The position numbers and the translations under genes were made by a program. The notes under the pieces were generated by a model, which did not search any database, was not told where the DNA came from, and saw nothing but the letters and a program-made list of their open reading frames with translations. This document shows positions 1-9,200 of a stretch of 64,000 bases of DNA, one piece after another. Every line of letters starts with the position of its first letter. The stretch's first letter is position 1. This DNA is from an uncultured virus (IMG/VR IMGVR_UViG_3300042887_002641). Taxonomy: Duplodnaviria; Heunggongvirae; Uroviricota; Caudoviricetes. The DNA is taken from IMG/VR virus record IMGVR_UViG_3300042887_002641, positions 1 to 64,000 of that record. One strand, given 5' to 3'.

Positions 1-522
1 GGGCCTAAAAGCTCTGCTCAGACCCCTTCGAAACCCTCTGAAAGACGCAAAGGATCTGCGAAAAATCCTGCCGGTAGCGCAGGTACAAAAAGCGACAAAG
101 CAATACAGTTTTCTGCTAAAGTAGTAGAAGCTCTAAAAGCTAAAGTCAAAGAACACAACAGCAAATATTCTAAAAAAGTTTCTCTTTCTCAATTAAAGAA
201 AGTATACCGCAGAGGCGCAGGTGCTTTTAGTTCAAGCCATAGACCCGGAAAGACCAGAGGGCAATGGGCAATGGCCCGTGTAAATACGTTTTTAAGAATG
301 ATGGCTGGCAAACCAGTTAAAGATTCTTATCGCAAAGCTGATAGCGATGTAGCTAGAGCTTCAGAGATTGATATCTCTGATTCTTGGGAGCCAAATGATG
401 ATGACTTTTCTCAAGCAGATACTGATATTCAAGACTATAATCTTGATTATGATTTTGAAGATGAGAATGATTTATACTTAGATACAGAGCAAGAAAAAGC
501 AAACTGGTTAGAATATATTTAA
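1..522 (+). CDS. 5'-truncated phage head-cluster protein, basic N-part and acidic tail (DUF5824-like motif)
   Basis: Frame 1 is open from base 1 (GPKSSAQTPS...LKKVYRRGAGAFSSSHRPGKTRGQWAMARVNTFL), so the ORF track start at 271 is internal. The VYRRG..HRPG..QWAMARVN motif resembles a family I recall from large phages and giant viruses. Confidence 0.7.
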   Translation, partial: GPKSSAQTPSKPSERRKGSAKNPAGSAGTKSDKAIQFSAKVVEALKAKVKEHNSKYSKKVSLSQLKKVYRRGAGAFSSSHRPGKTRGQWAMARVNTFLRMMAGKPVKDSYRKADSDVARASEIDISDSWEPNDDDFSQADTDIQDYNLDYDFEDENDLYLDTEQEKANWLEYI

Positions 523-523
523 T

Positions 524-1531
524 ATGAAAAACAAAGAACTAGAAATAGATATCTCCTCTAAGATTATCGCCGCAGATAAAGAGAAGAAGACTCTCAATAA
601 ACCTTTTAGAACTCCTAAAGGGCCAAAAAAGTTCTCTGTTTATGTAAAGAACGACAAAGGTAATATCGTTAAAGTTAATTTCGGTGATCCAAACATGGAA
701 ATTAAAAGAGACGATCCCGCAAGAAGAAAGAGCTTTAGAGCTAGACACGGTTGCGATAAAAATCCCGGCCCTAAATGGAAAGCAAAATATTGGTCATGCA
801 GACAATGGAGAAGCTCCGCTCCAGTCGAAGGTTCAGTTGCTATGGAGTCAGAGGCTAATAAAGGCTTGTGGTACAATATCCAAAAGAAGAAACAACGTCT
901 TGGTAAAAATTATAAACCAGCAAAGCCGGGGGATAAAGACTATCCAGATAAAGAGGCTCTCAAAAAGGCTCAAGCAGAAGAAGTAGATTGGGATGGCATT
1001 ACATTTTTAGAAGAAGAACAGATTTTGGCTCTTTATCCTGAGTTAGCTCAGATTGTAGCTGAACCTGATGAAGAAATGGAAGAGATGGATGAAGAAGGAG
1101 AAATGGAAGAGTATAAAAATGAGTATTTAGAAATGTCTTTGGGTTCAATTGCTTCGATTAAGACTCATGCCGAAAATATTCTTAACGCCATTAATGATGA
1201 GAAAATTAAAGAAAACTTAACAGAACCTTTTTTGCAAGCCAAAATTGCTATCACAGAAGATTACATGATAATGATACATAATTATGTAATGTTCGCTCAA
1301 GAGAGCGATGCTTCTTATCCTATGGGACCAATGTTTATGGTTGGAAATATGGTTAAGAACGTAAACAAAGACTGTGATCATTATGGAAGCGAAGGAGTTA
1401 TAAAAGAAATTAAAGATTTACCCAATCGCATGGGTAAAGTGATTTCTTATGAAGTTACAAATGAAGGTCCAACATACAAAAAGGGAGATCTTCTTACTAA
1501 AACGCAAGACCAGTTAGTTCAAATAGGTTAA
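524..1531 (+). CDS. Modular basic/acidic head-cluster protein, possibly an internal virion protein
   Basis: Basic module KPFRTPKGPKKFSVYVKN...FGDPNM...RRKSFRARHGC...YWSCRQW and second basic module GLWYNIQKKK...PGDKDYP, then an acidic stretch and an SH3-like C-terminus. It lies upstream of the protease and capsid genes. Confidence 0.6.
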   Translation: MKNKELEIDISSKIIAADKEKKTLNKPFRTPKGPKKFSVYVKNDKGNIVKVNFGDPNMEIKRDDPARRKSFRARHGCDKNPGPKWKAKYWSCRQWRSSAPVEGSVAMESEANKGLWYNIQKKKQRLGKNYKPAKPGDKDYPDKEALKKAQAEEVDWDGITFLEEEQILALYPELAQIVAEPDEEMEEMDEEGEMEEYKNEYLEMSLGSIASIKTHAENILNAINDEKIKENLTEPFLQAKIAITEDYMIMIHNYVMFAQESDASYPMGPMFMVGNMVKNVNKDCDHYGSEGVIKEIKDLPNRMGKVISYEVTNEGPTYKKGDLLTKTQDQLVQIG

Positions 1532-1534
1532 AGA

Positions 1535-1546
1535 GTGTATAAATAC
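1535..1546 (+). promoter_or_regulatory. Putative late promoter (GTGTATAAATAC)
   Basis: Matches the RTGTAWWWAT motif found in most intergenic gaps. Starts 20 nt before ATG 1555 and contains TATAAATA. Confidence 0.55.
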
Positions 1547-1554
1547 TAAAGGAT

Positions 1555-1920
1555 ATGAATATACTGTCTGCAATGTTGGAGTTTCAAAATCAAGTCAAAA
1601 TTTTCCATTGGCAAACTTATGGTTATTCAGAGCATCAGAGTTTTGGAGAATTATATGATAGCCTTTCTGGACATATTGATGAATTTGTTGAAATTTTCAT
1701 GGGTAAATATGGGCGCATCATTGCAAAAGATTCATTTGTGCTAACTCTTCAAAATTACAAATCCGTTAGCCCATTGGAGGCAATGAATAATTTTATTTCT
1801 TTCCTTAACTCTGATCTACCTTCTCAGCTAGACCCTGCTAAGGATACTGATCTTCTAAATATCAGAGATGAAATTTTAGGAAGCGTTAATAAAACTAAAT
1901 ATTTACTAACTTTAAAATGA
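1555..1920 (+). CDS. Ferritin/Dps-like four-helix-bundle protein (DUF5856-like)
   Basis: FHWQT..SEH..F.ELY...IDEFVE matches the Dps-type HW...H...D...E metal-ligand pattern. 121 aa, predominantly helical composition. Confidence 0.7.
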   Translation: MNILSAMLEFQNQVKIFHWQTYGYSEHQSFGELYDSLSGHIDEFVEIFMGKYGRIIAKDSFVLTLQNYKSVSPLEAMNNFISFLNSDLPSQLDPAKDTDLLNIRDEILGSVNKTKYLLTLK

Positions 1921-2213
1921 AAGAATTTATAAGAAACGGAGTTCCTTCAGTATCAATCAGTACTGTTAATTTTACAACTACCGGCGTTGTAATCCAGCCG
2001 CCAACTGTTGGTAGAATTTATATTACTGATGTTATTGCTACTAATTCTGCTATAACTTTAACTAATGCTTCTTCTGTTACTTCTGGAAATGTTTTAGCTT
2101 ATGTAGCTCAAGGTAATTGTAATTTTTCTGTACCTGTTAGAGTTCCTGATCTTTCAGGAGTAGCAATTTCTACAGCTAGTGCAATCGGCAGTATTAATTA
2201 TTTTCTAGAATAA
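1917..2213 (+). CDS. Small beta-rich hypothetical protein, probably virion-associated
   Basis: ATGA overlap with the upstream gene, T/V/S-rich, within the head operon. Confidence 0.55.
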   Translation: MKEFIRNGVPSVSISTVNFTTTGVVIQPPTVGRIYITDVIATNSAITLTNASSVTSGNVLAYVAQGNCNFSVPVRVPDLSGVAISTASAIGSINYFLE

Positions 2214-2215
2214 AT

Positions 2216-3685
2216 ATGAATTTTGATTTTTCAACAACGTTTAGTTCCTCAATAAGACCTTTAGTATCTGAGGAAAAAGATAAATATCTATCATTAGCCA
2301 GTCTAGTTGACGTAGGAAATTTCATTCCTGAAGTCAATGCTGATTCTAATATGGATCTTTTGCCTATTGCATTTAATGCTTGTGTTGTAAATCGTGTTAA
2401 TAAAAATGGAGATGTAATTGATTCTTCTATTGCCGCTGAAGTATACAAAAATTTTATAAATAAACCAATTAACATTGAACATAATCGCTCAAATGTAGTT
2501 GGTGTTATTTTATCAGCAGGATTTTCTGAGTTTGGAACGGATTTGCCTCTTACAGAAGAGCAAGTAAAAGATAAAAAAGAGCCATACAACATTACTCTTG
2601 GCGGCGTTGTTTGGAAAATCGTAAATAAAGATCTAGCAAATGTAATAGAAGAGTCAAATGATCCTACTTCCAATAACTACATGAAAGTTAGTGCCTCTTG
2701 GGAGCTAGGATTTAATGATTTTGAGATAGCTGTTTTAGAAGGCGGCGAGAAAAATATAGAGAACGCTTCCATCATTTCTGACAAAGAAGAGATTGAAAAA
2801 ATTAAAGGTAAATTAACCGGATATGGCGGCAGCGGAAGAATAAGCGAAAATCAATCTGTTTACCGTAAAATTAAAGGAAGAGTGCTTCCTTTAGGAGTTG
2901 GCTTAACTGCGAATCCCGCCGCTGATGTCGCCGGTGTTAGTATTAAAAAACTAGAATCAGAAGAAATGATACAGCAAAAAGCAGAAGAAATTTCACAAAC
3001 CCTAGAATCTAATGTAATTATCGAAAGAAAGAATATGAAAATATCTGAAGTATCGCAAATTACTGATGAGTTGCTTAAAGAAGCAACCGCTTCTTCCATC
3101 AGAGATTTCATTGGAGAGCAACTCAAAGAAGCCTCTGAGAAATTTGCTGCTGAGAAGAAAGCAAAAGAAGACGCAATCAAGAATGCTGAAGAGAAGTACG
3201 CTAGTCTCTCTACTGATTCTGAAAACCTAAAGAAAGAACTTGAGACCCTCAAGCAATCTTTAGAAACCCTACAACAAGAAAAAGCTTCTAAGGAGAAGCA
3301 AGAACTATTCTCTTCCAGAATGGCTGGACTTGATGAAGAGTTTGATCTTGATTCAGAAGATAGGGAAGTAATTGCTAACGATATCAGAGATTTAGACGAT
3401 GATTCTTTCGCCGCCTACAAAAAGAAAATGGGCGTTCTAATGAAGGAGAAGAACAAAGCTTATAAAGCCTCTAAGATGCCAAAAGAAGAGAAAAAAGAGA
3501 CAATGGCTACAGAGGACAAGCAATCTGTTGCTTCTACCGAAAATGCTACTGTCGTTGATGACGCTATTAGCAACGGAACTCAGCAAACTGACAAGATTAC
3601 TGCTGGCGTTGTTGCTCCATCAAAGACAATTAAGCAAAAATATCAATCAGCTTTTAATGACGAAGGCTTCGTTATTACAAAATAA
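2216..3685 (+). CDS. Prohead maturation protease fused to a coiled-coil scaffold
   Basis: N-half has NKNGD...F..KPINIEH...VG and SASWELGF, typical of HK97/assemblin-fold head proteases. C-half is an E/K-rich coiled coil. It lies directly upstream of the decoration and capsid genes. Confidence 0.75.
   Translation: MNFDFSTTFSSSIRPLVSEEKDKYLSLASLVDVGNFIPEVNADSNMDLLPIAFNACVVNRVNKNGDVIDSSIAAEVYKNFINKPINIEHNRSNVVGVILSAGFSEFGTDLPLTEEQVKDKKEPYNITLGGVVWKIVNKDLANVIEESNDPTSNNYMKVSASWELGFNDFEIAVLEGGEKNIENASIISDKEEIEKIKGKLTGYGGSGRISENQSVYRKIKGRVLPLGVGLTANPAADVAGVSIKKLESEEMIQQKAEEISQTLESNVIIERKNMKISEVSQITDELLKEATASSIRDFIGEQLKEASEKFAAEKKAKEDAIKNAEEKYASLSTDSENLKKELETLKQSLETLQQEKASKEKQELFSSRMAGLDEEFDLDSEDREVIANDIRDLDDDSFAAYKKKMGVLMKEKNKAYKASKMPKEEKKETMATEDKQSVASTENATVVDDAISNGTQQTDKITAGVVAPSKTIKQKYQSAFNDEGFVITK
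3035..3685 (+). CDS. Probable nested in-frame scaffold protein (internal start M274)
   Basis: In-frame AATATG at the start of the coiled-coil half, preceded at 3012 by ATGTAATTATC, a copy of the promoter motif. Confidence 0.5.
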   Translation: MKISEVSQITDELLKEATASSIRDFIGEQLKEASEKFAAEKKAKEDAIKNAEEKYASLSTDSENLKKELETLKQSLETLQQEKASKEKQELFSSRMAGLDEEFDLDSEDREVIANDIRDLDDDSFAAYKKKMGVLMKEKNKAYKASKMPKEEKKETMATEDKQSVASTENATVVDDAISNGTQQTDKITAGVVAPSKTIKQKYQSAFNDEGFVITK

Positions 3686-3716
3686 ACAAACAATAAATAT
3701 ATAATAGGAAAACACT

Positions 3717-4286
3717 ATGCCATATTCATCTACTAAAAGATTAATTAAACCATTTCGTGGTTATGGTGAGCATGAAGTTATCAACATGTTCGCTTTTGAT
3801 CTCGAAACTGTAAACAAAGGAACTTTCGTTAAAGTCCTTGGCTCAGGTTGGAGAAACACTGACGACGCTCTAAACATTCTATCAAATGGTGCTGTAGGAG
3901 CTTCTTACAGCAACGTCGTTTCTGATCGTTATTCCACCACTGCTCGCGTTACTACTGCTGGCACTGGAGACTTGGGCAAGGTTATCGGAATCCTTCTCAA
4001 TGACGTTCGTGAAACAGACGAAAACGGCGAGAAACTTATCTATAACCCTCGCAAAGCTGCTGAGTTGAGCGCAGTTGTCTCTGGACAAACTGTTCCCGTT
4101 CTCAAGCGCGGCATCATCTTGGCTTATGCAACTGGAGCTACCGCTGGTAACTCTGCTTTCATCAATGCTAATGGTGAATTGGAAACCAATGCTGTCATTT
4201 ATGGTGGTAGCGGTGGTGCTAAGGTTGGAACTTATTTAGGTTCTGCTGATACTGATGGCTATGCCTTATTGAACCTCGACCTATAA
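3717..4286 (+). CDS. Capsid decoration/stabilising protein (putative)
   Basis: 189-aa G/A-rich beta protein between scaffold and capsid genes, the usual position of head decoration genes. Confidence 0.6.
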   Translation: MPYSSTKRLIKPFRGYGEHEVINMFAFDLETVNKGTFVKVLGSGWRNTDDALNILSNGAVGASYSNVVSDRYSTTARVTTAGTGDLGKVIGILLNDVRETDENGEKLIYNPRKAAELSAVVSGQTVPVLKRGIILAYATGATAGNSAFINANGELETNAVIYGGSGGAKVGTYLGSADTDGYALLNLDL

Positions 4287-4323
4287 TAACCAACAAGAAC
4301 AACTAACTAATTAACTAAATAAT

Positions 4324-5481
4324 ATGAGACTTAAATTAAAAAATACGCCAGAACAAGTAGAGCTAATCAAAAAGGTTGGTTCTCGCAATGTCGTTGAGTC
4401 CGCTGAAGCTATGGAGGCTTTGGCCGCTTTCGTTGGACCAGTTATCCAAAAGGTACTCGCTCAAGCTGGTACTGCCGGTATGATCTATAGAGATATGGAG
4501 TTTAATGAGGACGATAGTCCTTCTTATCCTCTTGATCTCTATTACAATGAGGCTGCTGGTCTAGTTTCCGTCTGGGCACAAAATGTTGCTGGTGGTCTAC
4601 CCTCCAACTACATGGATCAACCAGTTCAAGAGTTGAAGATTGCTACTTACCGTCTTGACTCTGCCGTTTCCTTCAACAAGAAGTATGCTCGCAAAGCTCG
4701 TCTTGACGTAGTTAGCGGAGCTTTGGATCGCATGGCTCAAGAGGTTCTTGTTAAGCAAGAGCGCAATGCTTGGGCTGTTATTCTTAAGGCTCTAGCCAAC
4801 GCCTCCACCAAGGATGGACGTTCAGTTGCTTTCGGAACTTCTGGAGCTTTGAAGCACATTCTCTCTCCTTCTCAAACTTTCTCTGGAGCTACATTTAATC
4901 TTCAAATGTTAAATGAATTGATCCTCCGCACCAAGAGAATTAATGTTTCTTTTGCTGGTGGTACTCCTTCTGATAATTCTGCTCGCGGCTTGACTGATCT
5001 TTTCGTCAGTCCTGAAGCTAAAGCTAAGATTCGTCAGTTCTCATTCAATCCTCTCTTTGGAACCAGTTCTACTACTCAAACTCAATTGTCTGAGGATGTT
5101 CGCACTGAGATCTTCAGAGGCGGTGGTATGGAAAGCCTCTTTGGCATCAATATCATTGAGTTGCTTGAGTTGGGTGCAAGCCAAAAGTATAACGTTCTTC
5201 TCAGTAACTTTACTGGTGCTAACACTTATCCTGATATTAACGGAAATACCGCTGCTGCTTTTGCCAGCACAGAGGAAATTGCTATCGGACTTGATCTAAG
5301 CCGCGATGCTTTCATTCGCCCAGTTGCTACAAACGCTGAGAGCGGTGGACAACTCACTGTTCTCCCTGATGATCAATTCATCACCCGCGCCGAGAAGACT
5401 GGATTCTACGGATTCCTAGAGGAAGGCCGTATCTGTATCGACGCTCGCGCTGTCGTCGGTATGAGATTCGATGACGTATAA
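4324..5481 (+). CDS. Major capsid protein (HK97 fold expected)
   Basis: 385 aa, follows protease-scaffold and decoration genes, uses codons typical of high expression (CGT/CGC, TTC, AAC), and is followed by a strong terminator. Confidence 0.8.
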   Translation: MRLKLKNTPEQVELIKKVGSRNVVESAEAMEALAAFVGPVIQKVLAQAGTAGMIYRDMEFNEDDSPSYPLDLYYNEAAGLVSVWAQNVAGGLPSNYMDQPVQELKIATYRLDSAVSFNKKYARKARLDVVSGALDRMAQEVLVKQERNAWAVILKALANASTKDGRSVAFGTSGALKHILSPSQTFSGATFNLQMLNELILRTKRINVSFAGGTPSDNSARGLTDLFVSPEAKAKIRQFSFNPLFGTSSTTQTQLSEDVRTEIFRGGGMESLFGINIIELLELGASQKYNVLLSNFTGANTYPDINGNTAAAFASTEEIAIGLDLSRDAFIRPVATNAESGGQLTVLPDDQFITRAEKTGFYGFLEEGRICIDARAVVGMRFDDV

Positions 5482-5498
5482 AATCTAAGTTAGGTTTT

Positions 5499-5530
5499 AA
5501 CCCCGGAGGCAACCCCTCCGGGGTTTTTTA
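5499..5530 (+). terminator. Intrinsic terminator after the capsid gene
   Basis: CCCCGGAGG-caacc-CCTCCGGGG perfect 9-bp stem followed by a T tract. Confidence 0.9.
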
Positions 5531-5565
5531 TTTTACATTTTTAACTATATGTATTAATATAAGGT

Positions 5566-5922
5566 ATGGCTAAAAAGAAGAAGCAAAAGATTGACGACTT
5601 GAGTCAAACTCACGCCAAGATCGAAGAAAAAGAGTATCAAACTCTTGACCAAATTCTTGGTGATTCTGGTGCTGATAAATATGGTACTTTTAGTGAAGAT
5701 GAGTATTGGAGTCAGCTAAATGCAATGACTAAAAGCGACCTTCAAAATCATGCTCTTAAGATGAATCTTATTCCTGTTGACAATATGAAGATGCTAAGAG
5801 AGCGATTGTTGAACGAGTTTCGCAGATACAATAATTCTTATTTGAGAGTATCCAGCACCAAGAAAGTTTTAGATACTAGTGTTTCTGATACTGTAAAGAA
5901 AATTTTAGCCGAAGGAAGATAA
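5566..5922 (+). CDS. Hypothetical protein with a small helical Rho-N/HeH-like motif
   Basis: LNAMTKSDLQNHALKMNL...LRERLL pattern. AAGGT precedes the ATG, and ATGTATTAATAT lies at 5549. Confidence 0.55.
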   Translation: MAKKKKQKIDDLSQTHAKIEEKEYQTLDQILGDSGADKYGTFSEDEYWSQLNAMTKSDLQNHALKMNLIPVDNMKMLRERLLNEFRRYNNSYLRVSSTKKVLDTSVSDTVKKILAEGR

Positions 5923-5931
5923 TACAAATAT

Positions 5932-6156
5932 ATGGAACAGACTAATCAACAGCAACCACAGCAACCTCCATCCGTAAGAGATCTGCCAGATCCTACGCCA
6001 CAAATTGCCCTAAATACTTTTGTGGGCTTGGGTCGTCAAAGCAGATTGAGCTATGATGAGCATGTATACCTTGACAAGTGTACTGCTGCTCTTCAAGCCG
6101 CAATTGGCAACGCAAAGGGACCAGAAATTCCTCCGTTCCCAAAGATGCAGGTCTAA
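5932..6156 (+). CDS. Small hypothetical protein
   Basis: 74-aa ORF tightly packed behind the previous gene and followed by a terminator. Confidence 0.55.
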   Translation: MEQTNQQQPQQPPSVRDLPDPTPQIALNTFVGLGRQSRLSYDEHVYLDKCTAALQAAIGNAKGPEIPPFPKMQV

Positions 6157-6182
6157 ATATTAGATCAAAATATTAGAAACGC

Positions 6183-6223
6183 AATCTTTAGCTCTCGATT
6201 TTTAGGGGGCTAAAGATTTTTTT
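6183..6223 (+). terminator. Intrinsic terminator
   Basis: AATCTTTAGCTCTC / GGGGGCTAAAGATT 14-bp stem with 2 G-U pairs, then a T tract. Confidence 0.8.
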
Positions 6224-6235
6224 GTGTAAATAATA
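6224..6235 (+). promoter_or_regulatory. Putative late promoter (GTGTAAATAATA)
   Basis: Immediately after the terminator, 32 nt before the fibre ATG. Confidence 0.6.
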
Positions 6236-6255
6236 ATAAGGTATAAGGTTTTAAA

Positions 6256-9200
6256 ATGGCGCAATTTGCTATAGATGAATTATTCACTACGGGCGTTCAG
6301 ATATCTGGTTTTATATTTGATCGTTCTTACAGTTTAGGAATTGCCGGTCAAGTCCTAACAGCTACGTCATCTGGAGTGATGTGGCAAGCAGATTCAAGTA
6401 ATACTGATCTTGCAGCTTTGAGTGGACAAATTGCTGCTACTGGAACCTTATTAAATAATAGGATAAATTCTCTTAGCGGTTACTCTGATGCGACCTTCGC
6501 GACGATAACGAACCTAGCTGCCACAGGTTCGACTCTTAACGCTAGGATTAATTCTCTAAGTGGTTATGCAGGTAGCACTTTCTTATCTGGTCAAGGAGTG
6601 GCTAATTGGACCGCTCGCTGGAACGGGACTAAAGAATTAATTACAGGTAGTATTTATGATTTAGGAACTGGAGTTGGAATAGGTACGACAAGTCCTTCTG
6701 CCAAACTAGAAGTTTTTAGCGGAAATGCTATTATTAGAAATGATAATCCCGGTGGCGTAGCTTCTTTATACATAAGAAATTGGGCAACAAATCCGGCCAC
6801 CCAATTAGTTTTTGGTAATTCAACTAGTGACGATTCAAGTACTACATTAGGTTTAAATGCTAATGTTTTTTCTATTACAAATTATGGTGATCCGGGAAGT
6901 TATATTAAATTTGGAACTCGTAATGCATCAACGGCTGAGATTAGAGTAACAATTGATCCAAGTGGAAGAGTTGGGATAGGTACAGAAATTCCATCTACAT
7001 TGTTATCAATTGGCGGTGCGGGTTCTACTACTGCTTTAAGTGGTATAACTTTTGGCGCAGATAGTCAAGCTAATTTATATAGAATATCTTCCTCAAGGAT
7101 TAAAACAGATGGTAATTTTACTATTGATGGTCAAGGAGGAGGAGCTTCTTCTTTAGTATTAAATAGAATTTCTGATTCTTATGAGAATGGAATGGCATTT
7201 ACTACAGCAGGTTCTGTCGATTGGTATTACTATGTAGACAATGCAAACACCAATTTACAGATACAAAGAGGTGGAGAAATTGACACTGCTCCAAGAGTTC
7301 GTTTTGATGGAGCTAATAGTAATATTTTATTTAATTTAGGAGGAGGAAATGTTGGCATAGGAACCGATACTCCAGCAGGAAGATTACATGTATCTGGAGC
7401 AGATGGTAATGTTCTTTTTTTAAAGCAAGGAGTTACTGGTTCTCAGGGGGGTATTTATTTTGAAAATGCAGATGGTTTTGCCACTTCTTCTGCTAGACTT
7501 TACTTCATAAGTGGTGATTCAGTTTTATTTACAAGAGGTCCAAGTAATTTGGCTTGGAGTGTGTCTCAAAATGCAAATGTTGGAATTGGAGTAAGTAATC
7601 CTTCTGAAAAATTAACAATCACTGGTGCCGTTAAGATTTTAACAAGAGATGGAGCTAATTTTAAAGTTGGTGATGGGTCAAATAATAATACATTTTTAGA
7701 AATTGACTATCCTGACATTTCTAGTGCTAATGCTTATTTTAGATTATTTAGAAATACAAATACAAACGGTGGGAAGTATTTTCAAATATTTAAAGGAGAT
7801 GGCACTGCTGGATCTCAAACTCTTTTAAATGCCAATGGAGATTCCCATATTAATGCAGTTGCAGGAAACCTTGGAATAGGAACAGATAATCCAATTTATA
7901 AGTTAGATGTAATTGGTACAGTAAGAGCAAGTGGAGAGTTAATTACTGAAGGAAATAATGCAAGAATTTCTTTATTTAGAACTAATGGAATAAATTATTT
8001 TGATTGGGCAACTGGTCAAAGTTTATATTTTAGCACCGAAAATACTGTTGGGGGAGGGGGAAGAAATACTCTAATGAGTATAACTTCTAATGGCAATGTC
8101 GGTATTTCAACAACAAGTCCTACTTATAGCTTGCAAATTGGACAAAATGCTTCTGGCAATAACATAGACTATTCTTTGGGTATTTTAAGACATGGTACAT
8201 TAACTTATCCCGGCACTTGGACTTCAACTCCAGCATTTAAAATTATTGATCTTGCGGACGGAGGACCATCTAGCGTTGATATTTACGGAATAATGAATCT
8301 TGAATTACCAAGATTCCAAGCATCAGATACAAATGCCGAAAAAGCTTCTCTTTTTCTTATTTCTTTTGATACTGCAATGGGACCACTAAGAATAGATGGT
8401 AAAGGAAATCAATGGATTGGATATGATAGAGTAACTACAGGAATAAATAATTCATCTTTTTCTTCTTTAATTTATGGAGGATTAGCAGTTGGAGATACTT
8501 ATCAGACTACTACTTTATCAAACGGACAAGCTATATTTCAAGGTAATGTAGGTATAGGTATTACTAATCCTAATGTAAGATTGGTAGTAGCTAACACAGG
8601 TGCAGCGACAAGTACTTCTACAGTTAGAATAATTGGAAGTACGGGAAATGGTGCTGGTCCACAAATTGAATTTTTCAAAGGTACAAATCAAAGATTTAGT
8701 ATAGGTGCATCTTCTGCAATTACCGGAGGCTTTTCTGAGGATCTACTTTTAGCGACACTTAATCCAAGTTCAATAATTTTAGCTGCTGGAGTTAGCGGAT
8801 TAGCAATTTTTAAACCTGATGGTAAAGTTGGAATTGGAACTATAAATCCACAAACACTTCTTTCTCTTGGTGGACTTGGATCAACTTCAGCAGCGAGCGG
8901 TATCACTTTTGGAGGAGATGCTCAAGCAAATTTATATAGATCTGCTGAAGATACAATTAAAACAGATGGCTCTTTAGAAGTCACTACTAATTTAAATATT
9001 GGAGCAGATCTTTATGTAGCTGATGAATTAGGAGTTGGCGTACCAATTGCTAATAAGAGAGTTAATTATGGCGCACAAATTGCTACTGCTAATGCCTCTA
9101 TTCAATTAGTTCTAGGAAGAACGGCTAGTGCTACTGGCCAAGGAGCAATTGGAGCAGATGCGAATAATACTTTTGCTGTATGGAATGTAAGCGGCGGACT

